Part shown: positions 37,085 through 48,800 of the stretch, in pieces
Position numbering within the stretch: position 1 is the first letter of the stretch
How the letters are laid out: each line of letters opens with the position of its first letter
From: Ascidiella aspersa
Lineage: Eukaryota
Reading direction: 5' to 3'
NCBI GenBank assembly: GCA_963924565.1
Contig: OZ004614.1
Span: forward strand, 558,001-622,000
Length of the DNA: 64,000 bases
Made by a program: the position numbers and the translations under genes
Notes under the pieces: model-generated
Told to the model about the DNA's origin: nothing
Databases searched by the model: none
What the model saw: only the letters and a program-made list of their open reading frames with translations

Positions 37085-37723
37085 GAACATGAATTTATCC
37101 CAGGATTTAAGGAAAATGGATGCTGCTATTTTTATTTAATATTTTTAAACGGGTAGAAATGCTTTAAAATTTAATTCTTTACAGTAAACTTTCCTTTTTC
37201 CAAAAAAACATTGCATTTCCTTTAAAAAGCAGTACAAAAAGTAAAACATAGTTGAATGTAATACTAACAAACGGTTCAATGTATACTCAGTTATTTTAAA
37301 TGCTCTGCAAAGTTTCTTTTTCCATTCGTCTGAGGAGCAACTTGTCTTACACCATATTGATCCAAATATCTTCCCTTACTTTCTTTTGACCATGAATTCG
37401 ACATCCCGCCTTTTGTGGTGCAAAACTAATAAAATACTTGCAAACATTATTTATCGTTGCTGGGAATTTTGTTGAGTCAAATCTATGATAGTGCTGAGGC
37501 CACTTTAAAAAATAAGTGAGATTTTTGGAGAATTGTTTAGCTTAGTTGGTAGAGCGACGGTCCAGGTATGACCCCCTAAATTACAGCAACTGTATATGTT
37601 TTTTTCTTGAAATAGAGAAAAAATCTAAACATTCCCTATCTTACATATAAGTTTATAAACAAATATTACAAATATGTCAAATATATTTAATAGTTGAAGT
37701 ATATAATATTATAAAACCTACTT

Positions 37724-38499
37724 TCATCCTTTAGGATTCAGTTCAGAGACTTCAGATTTAGTTTCAACATCAAATGAAAAAGAAATAACATCGGAGGTCC
37801 GTAAAATTGCTTCTTTTTGCAAACCGCTTGGAGTTTTTAAATTAGAAACCAGTATTTGTAGTTGATCGCTGTCAATTGCTGTTAATATTCCACTAACAGT
37901 TGTATTTTCATGAAGTAGGAATGTTACAGGTTTATCTGAAATTAGTCAATCAATCTTGATTGACATGCCTCTTGAAAACCAACTCACATAGTATTTATTT
38001 TTGTGGTAATAAAAAGCAACAATGCCAATTAAACTGAAAAGGTATTTAAAAGTAAGGAGCTTAAAATTGAAAACGGAGTAAAAGACGATTATAGTTGTAT
38101 TAACAGTACATTCTTTAATTTCACAAAACATAACAAATATTCACTGAATTAATTGGCCCAGTTTTACACCATATAATAAACAAAGTGGATATTTTTAAAC
38201 AAGCTTGTGTGCTTTTTTAGAAGCCTACCACTTTTTTAAAATGAGTTGTGAAAGGTGAATTTGTAAGGAAGAATTAAATAGAATAATACTGCTTGACCTA
38301 CTCAAACCCAAATAGTGTTAGCAATATAAAACGCCCAGAGAAAAATATGGTAGGATTCTAGATCAGTGCCAAACATTCTTACTTCAAATTTCAAAATATA
38401 GGAAAGCAAATGGACAGGGTACTTACCTATTGCATACAGCAATGTTTGTAAATATTTTTCTCGTAAAGCAGCCCTTATTTCCTGTTCTTCTGTGTCCAT
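37724..38499 (-). CDS. GEMIN7: Gem-associated protein 7 (SMN complex), 94 aa, 2 coding exons
   Basis: Exons 38499-38427 and 37935-37724 (phase 1) give EQEIRAALREKYLQTLLYAIDKPVTFLLHENTTVSGILTAIDSDQLQILVSNLKTPSGLQKEAILRTSDVISFSF. This matches the Gemin7 signature (RAALRERYL..LHE..L.TP.G.Q.EALLR.SD). Confidence 0.9.
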
Positions 38500-39875
38500 T
38501 TTTAGGAACTATTTACAACAAAACCATTAAAGTCCAAATTCATAAAAAGAAATGACAAAGAAATAAACCACCTGTAAACATAATACACCTTTAAAATACA
38601 TGAATATTAAAAACAAAACTAAGACCACAATCTCATGTTCAACTTTTTTTTTTTTAAACTTAATTTTAAATTAAAAGTTAAATAAATACATTTTATTCAA
38701 AACAAAATCAACCATTTTGGAAAGAATTTGAGGAACTGAACTTTTTATAGGTCAAAACGGTAGCCATAACTGCTAATATTATTACAGGACAAAACGTTTT
38801 ATTGTCCTCGTTTATTTTATATGTGTCAATATGCAAATAGGTTAACAACGTTGCTTTTATAAAGACTACCCATCTAAATATTTCCAGCCTCTTAGTATAA
38901 CGACAAAATAAACATGTTTTGGTAGCTTTTCGTTTTCTGTTAAATCTAAAATGCCAAGATTTTAAAACAATGTGGTTTTAATTAGGGGGATTTACCGTGT
39001 CGGTCATAAATATCTTTTCAAATGCAAACGTTTTTTATTTCGTGTTCACTTTGCAATGTTAATTTTTAGTTGTTTTTTTTCATTAGAGAACCTTTTTGTT
39101 TGTCATAAAATTAAAAATGTAAAACACAAGAAAAAAACGCCGGCAAAAAGACGTTATGGATGACTGCGTTTCGTGCGCAGCGATGCGTAAACGAGACAAT
39201 GCAAGCTGTGACGTATCAACTTCAGTCAAGGAGATAATTTTGTTGATAGCGACACAATAATTACTTCAAATAAATGAATTAAGTGGACTTAAGTTATTGT
39301 TAGTAATGACTTGACTAAAGTCTGTTGGGCAGAATTACTTGATTGGACGTTATTGTGTAAAATTACTTAAGTTAATAGAATTGTTTTTACTTTGTTTTCT
39401 AAAATTAGGTTGTTTATCTTAATTTTTGGAATTGAAACAGTTTGCCAGTGTGTTGCTATTTTAAGTTGAGTTAAATATTTTAACATTTTGTTTTTATCTC
39501 AATAATTTAATTTCCAGTTGACTTGCTCCAATAATGACTTTCCTGAGTGATGTTAAATTGACATGTTTTAGGTGTTTATTTAAGATTTACGTTTTTCAAT
39601 GTTTGCGAGAATTTACATTTATGTTAAATCTAAGGAGCTTTTAAAACTATTGCAACTTCTTGTTTTTATAAATCGTTAAATGAAAATATAACAACTGCTT
39701 AAAAATTTTGTTGGTAGTTGTTTAATATGTCAGAAAATTTAGGCATATATTTGTTTTTTAGCTTGCTTTTTTAATTTGGAATATTACCTTTGTTTAAACT
39801 TGGTTAGGAATATATCTGCTTACGGTTTTGGTGTTAAAAAGATAAACTTTACTTAACTATAAAATTATTTTTTAG

Positions 39876-42800
39876 ATGTATTGGGATATCACTGCCCGTA
39901 AAAAGGCTCTTTACAAGGGAGTATTAGTTTCTCTTGCCACGGCTGGAATCCTATGTTTAAGTTTCTTAATTTTCTCGAGCCAACAAAAGCCTGTCAGTGC
40001 GAAGGCGATCATTTCCGATCCAACACAACAACATGGATTTTTCTCCAGCGAAAGATTTGACATCGAAAAGTTTGAGGAAGGAAAAGACCCGTTTTCTTCG
40101 AACGACTACTTGCCGAGGAAACTCGCACATCTAGTTTCTTTCTCCGAGAAAGCTTTACATCCAGAAGCCAACTTATCGACGGTCATAGATAATGGTATTT
40201 CGGCTCGTACAAACTTTTCCTACTTGCTTGATGACCTCATTGCAACGGTGAACGTCTACAACTTCTTCTATTACATGTGGGGATGCAAGCAGTTGAAAGA
40301 AATGAAAGTAAGCAATGTTTCACACATCTAAGAATTGTTTTTGAGCTGTTCTACTCCACTTTTTATTAATTGGCAAAAGCAGAACCAAGTTTTGGTAGTA
40401 CTAGATTTATTCCTTATTTGATAATACATCTAATTTATATCTAATAATAAATTGGTTTGTACAGAAGATTAAATTGCTTTGGTTTAAATTAGATGCTTAT
40501 TATATGAAAGTAACAGCAGTTTATACCTATATATAAGTACATACATAATAAAAAATAATCTTATATGTGAATTTATATTAATTTTTAGTTTGATATTTCA
40601 AATTTTCAACTTTTCGAAACTCCCAACCCTAAATAGCTTATTCTATTCTCCAGCCTTTAAATGTTTGTTTTTTAAAGATTTATAAATTCACACACTTTTT
40701 TGAAGCTGTTTCTTTAATTCTTTAAAATATTTTTTCCTGTTGATGAACGATTTATTCCATTTTATTCAGATTGAGGATGTGTTGTACGACACTAAGCACA
40801 AGACTGTTTACCGAGCTATACAAAATGAATACCAAGTTGCTGTAGAAGTGGCAACAGTGGACGTTGACGAGCTGATTTCAGCTCAATGTGGATCGGCAGA
40901 TTCAGATCATTCGCAACAAAACTTGGACAGATGCTTCCTCATCAAATACAGGCATAATTTAATTTTTTTTTTAAGTTAATGTTTGTCAACCTTTTTTTCT
41001 GACGGGATCTAAATAGCAAGCATAACTATAACATCAAAGTGTTTGACGACCTATTGCTATACTTCATTAATGAACTTTTTTCTCATTACTTAACTTTTTG
41101 TAATTGGTCAAAACGTAAGACAAATAACATAACTCAAATTGAATTTAACTAATATGAACCATATTTTATTATTTCTTCTACAATTTTCTTAATTTTAGAG
41201 CAATTTTTAATCATAATTTTAATATTTATAGTGATATTAAACTTTAGAGCATAATAGCTGGAGGTTGTAGTTAGACGTAGAATATCAATGCACATAAAGA
41301 AGTATGTACCATTTGAACGTTGTTGCACTGAATATGTGAATAATAGAAATCACCTTGACCCTTGCAAGATAAATGTCGACCTTAATTCCTGATCAGTAAC
41401 AGCAAAATAATCTAGCAAAGCTAGCAATTCAGGTCAGACACATTAACCAGATCTTAAAAAGATATATATATATTTCGCCAACTAAGGCATCGTCAGTATA
41501 TCTTAATTCGAAGATTCATTCGAATTAAGATATACTGACGATGCCTTAGTTGGCGAAATATATATATATCTTTTTAAGATCTGGTTAATGTGTCTGACCT
41601 GAATTGCTAGCTTTGCTAGATTATTTTGCTGTCCATTTGAACGTTTTAAACAATTCTTTAATTATTTTCAACATTATTATATATATTTTCTTATTTCAGG
41701 CATGTTCTTGAAGAGGCGGTTATATTGTCGCAGTTCTCTCACCCAAACCTTGTCAAAGTTGTTGGATTATGTGTTCAAAGGCCAAATGCCGCTGTTAAAT
41801 ATGGTAAACCAAACTTTTGTTTATATCAGTTTAATTTTATGCATATCAATTTTTGCTACAACTTTAAGAAAATTCAACTTATATTGGGGAGCTAAATATA
41901 TAATGAAATATATTTTAAAATATGCCTAAAATATTCACAAGGTCTTAAATATTGTTAAAAATAAACAAAAATTAACAAAGTTTAAAAAAGTTAAAAAGAT
42001 AGTTTTGCTAAAAAATAAAAATACCCTTTTAACTTGTCTAGTTTAGTCTGTCCTCATTATTGACCACTTAATATTTTTTTCTGTAAAAGTTTACCTTATC
42101 TCAACAGCCATATAATTGGTATATCACCATACTTATAAAACTACTGTATTCATTTGTTTAAATTGTTTTGTTGTAGAGAGCAAGATTTCATCGTCATCTG
42201 GGGTTGTTCTCATCAAAGAAACAGGAACAGCGGTTAACATTGATAAACTAAAGCTCATGACATGGAACCAAAAAATACAAGTAATTTACCTCAAAATTTA
42301 AACAAATAAAAACTGCCAAGAAAATATCAAATTGTTGTTAAAGATTTTTAAACTTTCTAGAAGTAAAGGCAAAAGGTTACCATAGTGTTTAATATTTTTT
42401 TACCAGTAATCCTAACTTTAAAATAATTAAAAGTTGTTTCTAAATTTGTTACTGTTATAAAAACACACTAAATCATATATCTTTGCGATCCTTAGGATTT
42501 AAAAAAACAAAATCCTACCCCTGGTGCCCTCCAGTGTCAACAATGTTCCCTTGCAGATCTGCTTCGACCTTGTGTCGTTCGCAAACTATTTGTCGCGATC
42601 TCCGGTTGGAAGCGTCTTGTTCCAAGGCTGGGACGTCGAAAACTTTATTCTTTCGCCCAAAAGTGGGACGATTAGGCTCCGAACGTTCGGCCAAAACATC
42701 CAGGTGTCCGACCCATCGTGTGTCAACAATGCTGATTGTTATGTGGACGGAACAGACGCAGGTAAACATCTTTTAAGCTTAACGTTGGCAATTTTATGTG

Positions 42801-45800
42801 ACATTTTGTGTCAAATTTAAAGTTTGAATTCCATTGGTTTGTTAGTTAGAGCAGGGCTTATCAAACTTTTTGATAAAAGAAAAACATCGCGGGACAGACA
42901 ACTGTTGCATTTACGATTGCGGGCCGTTATTAATTTTTTGTCATACTCTTTAACTTAAATATATTATCCAAGAAAAGGCACCAAAAACTTGAGTTTTAAT
43001 AAATTGTCATTTAGTTTGAAATTTAATCATCATATTGTTTGGAATTTGTTTATCATGTTGTTTTCTTGTTGTTTTTTACTTATAAAAAGCTATGTGAATA
43101 AAACTTGGTCACAAAAGCTTTGTTGTTACACTTATGTCCGTGATAAAGGTTGAGAAACAATGTAACTAATTACGTCTTGTGCAAGGGAATAGAGTCAGCT
43201 TATTTGAGTTTTTTGTGATTTAAAAACACTTTTGTTTTACTTTTTCCAAAAAAACTGTTAAAACTGTAAATATAATTTTAATGGTGAAAAAAAAACGGCC
43301 CAAATTGACGTAAAAAGCGACAAGTTTATTGTTCAAACATTTCGGCAAATGCTCATGACATGTGGCCTTAATATCACTGATGATGGCATGAGCATTTGCT
43401 GAAACTTTTGAACAATTAAGCATGTTGCTTTTTACTTCTATTTTGGCCGTTATTTTCACCATTAAACTTATGAACAGACCCGTATATAGTGTTCCAATGT
43501 AAATATAATGTTTATTATAGCTCTGCACTATAGTTTTGATTCCTTGATACTTCTGTTTTAGGATAAATTATAAAACAAGATTTTTTTGCTCAAAGCAGTG
43601 AATTAATTTATTCTACATATTCTTTCGGGTGCCTTTGAAACTTTTCTACTACATTACCAGAACTAGTGCTTTATTGTCTCTTGTTAAAAATAAACTTAAC
43701 ACAAATTTCACAAAATAAAATATTTAAAACAGTCAAGGTTAAACTTTTTTATTTATTTCTGTTTTTTTTACAGAACACCCATTCAGTCTATTAAAACAAA
43801 AAATTACCCTAAACCTGCTTTACAAAATTCAATATTTCTCCAGACATTCTGTGCTACAAGAAACGGTGCAAGGGGTACAATGACCTGAAAAATCTGGCAG
43901 ACTTGGGCCAAACCTTCCTGCTCCCCCTTCTCCAGTACGGAGTTCCACCGGCCAACGTGGCCAGCCAGGCCAGGGACATTATCGGCCAGCTGAAAGTAAA
44001 TTCACTCTCCAGCAAAGAACTGCTCTTACGACTGGAGAAGCTGATGCCAAACAGTAAGTAAAGTTACAAGTTGACACGATTAAGTGAGAATATCAAAGTC
44101 GAGACTGCATGAACTATGTTGAAAATGAATAAATAGATGTTTGAAATGTTTCAAATGCTACCTACTTATTGCATATGATGTTCTATGTTGCTTTCAGTAA
44201 CATATGCTGGAAGCTTGCTTGTTGATCAAATTATGTATAAATTAAATTGTCTGACTATAATAAGGGTTCCTAGTTTTAAATTTGTCTAACACATTAAAAA
44301 CTAGTTAATTTGAAAATATTTACTTCAAAATGTATATAGATTTATTTCAATTATCACTTTTTTGCATATATTTTTGTAAACTTTTGTTCAATAATAAAAT
44401 AACAACATCTTAGTTTTATAATGAATGTCAAAGCCCAAAAGAACTTGTATCATCATCAGTTAATGTGACTGAAGTAAATTCAAACCTTGTTCATTAAATC
44501 CTTATTTATCTCAGTTTAATGTCGCAAATTTATTCCAACAGTCCCAGGAATGAACAGGAACGGAGCTAACGAACTCCTCGCACAGCAAGAAGCAAATAAC
44601 AACAACCCTGCCATACTAAGCATGAGAAAGTTACCAGATGGTTCACAGGTTTGTTTGTATGAGCCAGGTCATGTGAGCAACTTAACTTATCAAAAACGTT
44701 TGGGAATCACTGCAGTATATGATATGCAGTAAAACTTGGTATCGTGAAAGTATCTTTACTACAGTCTAGTATCGTATCGAGTAATGTATAAACACTAGGC
44801 TAACCATGACAATAAGTCATAAATTGCTTCATCGTTAATTATACCATCCAACTAGTACCTACCTACTCTGGCCCATTCAAAATGCCCACAAATACTTATT
44901 CTTTGCATCCAACAGGTTGACTCATGGGAACAACACGAAGCCCGGGTGTCAATCAACGAGGTGAACGCTCGAGGCGCAGCCCTAAAAGCACCAGAAAAAG
45001 ACAAAATCGTTGAGCCACTTCAACCTGAGGCTCCACGCAAGCAAGATGTGAGTTGCAGATAAAACTTTATTGGTTATTGGGTATATCAGTCATATAAGTT
45101 TGTAAATTGCAGGACACGAATTTTATGCCTTTGAAAAACGATTTGGGGTAGGTCGGTTTTTCATGCATTTTTATGCCAGCAAATTGGCTGTAAAACTACC
45201 TGCGGTGGGATTCAAATTCACAACCCTAGTCTTAACATTATGTTTAATTGTTTAATTGAAGTTTATAATAATTATTTGCAATTGCAACTCTATTCATATT
45301 TGCATTGACGTGTTAAACAAGTGTTACAAAACACTTTAAACAAATATTTAACACCAGGTAAACTTAGTTGCAGTTTCAATTTGCCGTTTTTTATCCCTTA
45401 TTTGAATTTGTTTTTTATTAATTTTTTAACAAACAAGTTTTTTTTATCACCATCTTCAAACTACTTAATGAAGCCCTTGTCATAAATTTTAAACCACGAC
45501 CCTTTGACCCCATATTTCATTCCCACCCCTAAATCCCTTAAACGGCCCCAAGTCACAAATTCAGCCTCTAACACCAACCTTTTAAATCAAACCCCTCAAG
45601 AGCACCTTAAAGTTATTTCTCAGCTTTAAACGCACACATTAATTGAATTGTAAGCTCTTAAAACCTCTCCAATTTTTAATCAAAGACAGATTTTTTCTTA
45701 TAAGTGAAAATTTCAATAAGTGCAAAAAACACAGCAAAAATCTATTTTTTATGAAAGAAGCCATTAAAGCCCCAACACCCCCAATTTTCATTCTGATTCC

Positions 45801-48800
45801 CCTATACCATCTAAAAATTTCAATATAACAAAGTTAATTTATGAAAAACACACTTTTAACCCCCTAAAAAAATTTTTCACCCCAGCCCCCTCAGAACGCG
45901 GACAGCAAACCATCCCCAGCGGAAGGATACCAGAAGTTCGACAACGCAGACTTCCCAGGTCGTTACGACTACTACTGCCCGAACAGTAAGGCGGAGTGGG
46001 GGTGTGTGATGTCACTAAGGTCACCACAGGAGGCCATGGACAAGTGCAACAGCGACCCCAAGTGCAAGGCATTCGTCACTATTCCGCATCTACGCAAAGA
46101 AGGTGGGAAAAATGGAAAACAAATTTGACGCTTTTTAAGTTATTTTAAATTTTTTTTGGTATAACGTTTGGAAAGAGAAATAAAAGTGGTAAAAGAAAGT
46201 TAAGGGGAAGGAGATTCCTTGATGAGGTTTATAAGTCACTAACTTACTTGGTCGCAGTTCGTTGATGGAAAACGGGTTTTGGTGAAAGGTTTTTTTTTCC
46301 ATTTGGTTTCACTGTCTTTTCTCCAGCGCAAAATAAGTTGAACCTTAATTTTGAGTAGAGCACCCGCCTTTTTCTCTTTAATTTGGCCCCAAACCAATCA
46401 TTTTAAATTTAACCACATAAAACTACCACAGCGACCAAACCAAACGGCTGCACAATTTGAGTCGCGAGACACTGCAATTATCAAGATTGAATTATTAGAT
46501 TTACACACTGGCCGTGGACAAATAACTAAAGCAAACTGCGCCAGCCTTGTGCGAAATGGTGTGTCAACAAATGAGTCGCGTACTTATAACTTTGTTGTAG
46601 TTATCAGAATTAAGTTACTGGATTCATCGCCCTATGCTAACACTTAGTTTGCGACCAGGTGAAACATTATAACATAGTTCGGAATTTGGGAATGTATGTT
46701 GAAAAGTTTCCTCCCTTGAACGAGAATGTCTTATGACCAGGTTGGATAATCGCCATCCTGAAGTCTGACAACTCGAAGCCGGTCGATCACGCTGGAACAA
46801 TGGTCTTTGTTCGCACTTCCGAGAACAAAGGACCCCAGGTGGTTCCCCCCAAAGACGCGGAGCACGAAAAAGTGGAGGTGAGTTTTTTTTATTTCGGGAA
46901 CGCACTTTTGTGCAACTAGATTCTGTTACCTACTGCTGCTGATTTGTAAATTCGTTATTTGTTAAGGTTTTAGTTAGGTTGTCAAGATAATATTGTTAAA
47001 GATTTTTCACTGTGCCAATGAAATAAAGCGTTGTTTGAGAACTATAAGGTTGTTATTCCCTGGCTTGAATATTTTTATGTTGAAGGCAAAATTACGAAAC
47101 TAGATTTTGTTTTCCTCTTCTGCTACTTTGCAAAATTAAAATGATTTAGCATTCATGACTGACATGATAATATTGTGGTTGTTGGTGATAATTTAGAGTT
47201 GGTCTTTTCTGCCACTGACATGCGATGAAAGTTTTTTTAATGAAAGGTTTGATGCGACATCTTGCTGTGGTTGCGATTTAGCATGTTTTACGAAAAGTTG
47301 CAAGATTTAAAATTACTAAAACTTCTTTACCAAGATGATTATTTTAACTATTTGCGAAACTGCAAATATACTCTTCACAAACATAATGAGCAAACACAAG
47401 AAGCGTGTCTTTTAAATCAAGAAAAGTTATCCTTTATGTTTGCTTTTGTTTTGTCAAGATGATTTTTTTCTAATATGTGGCGCTATTAATGCAAAACAGT
47501 ACCAATAGACATATTAATTAAAATGGAATACATCAGTGTTGTTAAATTCCACTAAAGTTAATAGGAGCGCAAATTTTGCAAGTATGCGCAAAGTATGATA
47601 TTTCTCACATATCGTTGTGAAATTATAGTCACACTTGTCGTTAGCGTTTAATATAAACCACATAATGCTTGTCAATGCAGATAGCCTAATACATAGGACA
47701 ACTGCATAAAGCAGTATATGAATATGCGTTACGGCTCGTTAGTGTAAATATCAATGTGTTTGTTCAAGCTTAGCACGTCAATCTAGCTTCCGCTGTACTT
47801 AGCAATAAAAATGTGGGATCACATCGGCTAAAATGAAGCTTACAGATGCGTGTTTCTATTTTACTTCGAACACAGCATTATTTATGTTGCGCCGTTTCGC
47901 ATACTGTTAATTACTTTATGGTTATAAACTGGGTAAGGAATTTATGAAGTACAATTTTATAAGGCACCTATGTTTGCAGCGTGACGTCATGCTAGTAAAT
48001 GAACAACTTAAAACATTTATTTAGTTTGATGCTAAATTAAAACAATAGAAACATATGGAGTGCGTTTGGGTAATATATGAAAATGTTTTGTAGTTCGTTG
48101 ACGAAATAAAAGTAAAAATCTAATCAAAACTAAATAAAAATCAAATTGAAGCAAAATAGAACAAAGCTTAAAATGAGGCCAATGGGGGAATTATGTCAAA
48201 TATTTTCATTCTAATATAACAACAAGGTCCTGGCATATTTCTAAACGCACTAGAATTGTCATGATTAGAAGGCTTTGTTTGTGGTGTTTTGTGAGTGAGG
48301 AGAAACCGGTTTTAAACAACGATCTTTAAACTTTAAACATGTAGTTTAACTTTTTGTTGGCCATCCTATTTAAATAGTACAAGCACCTGCGACAAAATGT
48401 AAATAAGTCTTATATTAGCAGGAATAGAAGATTTTGACACATACTCGGCATTTTTAGTACGACGTCGTTTATTGTTGGTGTGCGAAATGTTGCACTTATG
48501 TGGGTAGGAATTGACATTAAAAATGTCCCGCAGAATGTAGTTTTCTAAACAATTGAGAATCTATTTCTACAATGTTCTTAATTGCAAGACTAACTTTACT
48601 GTTTTTGTTTGACAAAATATAATTTTGGATGAAAATACAGCTTAACTTCCTAGTGGTAGAATCGAACAAATCGGAACTAGTCCAAAATTATAAACTTCTG
48701 CAATACTTGAAGCTTATTTTTAAACTGTGTGCCGCGGAACGTTTTACATTTGGAAAACAACGTATTAGCATTAAAAAATGTTATAAGTAAGCAAACACGT

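Larger units (their letters stand above)
41322..41632. mobile_element. Penelope-like (pLTR-derived) insertion with a perfect inverted duplication
   Basis: 13-bp TSD CCATTTGAACGTT (41309-41321, 41633-41645), inserted into a copy of the 90-bp repeat; perfect 114-bp arms 41399-41512 / 41519-41632; each arm carries a hammerhead motif. Confidence 0.7.

Noticed and set aside
36568-37139. Long ORFs 36568-37068 (-, ELLLF repeats), 36693-37139 (+, RARVQ) and 36825-37076 (-)
   Set aside because: Shadow frames of the 15-bp repeat; splice phase selects the KSKSS frame.
37290-37726. TGA readthrough or selenocysteine extension of GEMIN7 via a donor just after the stop
   Set aside because: The Gemin7 domain is already complete, I see no SECIS, and the downstream peptide is unrecognisable.
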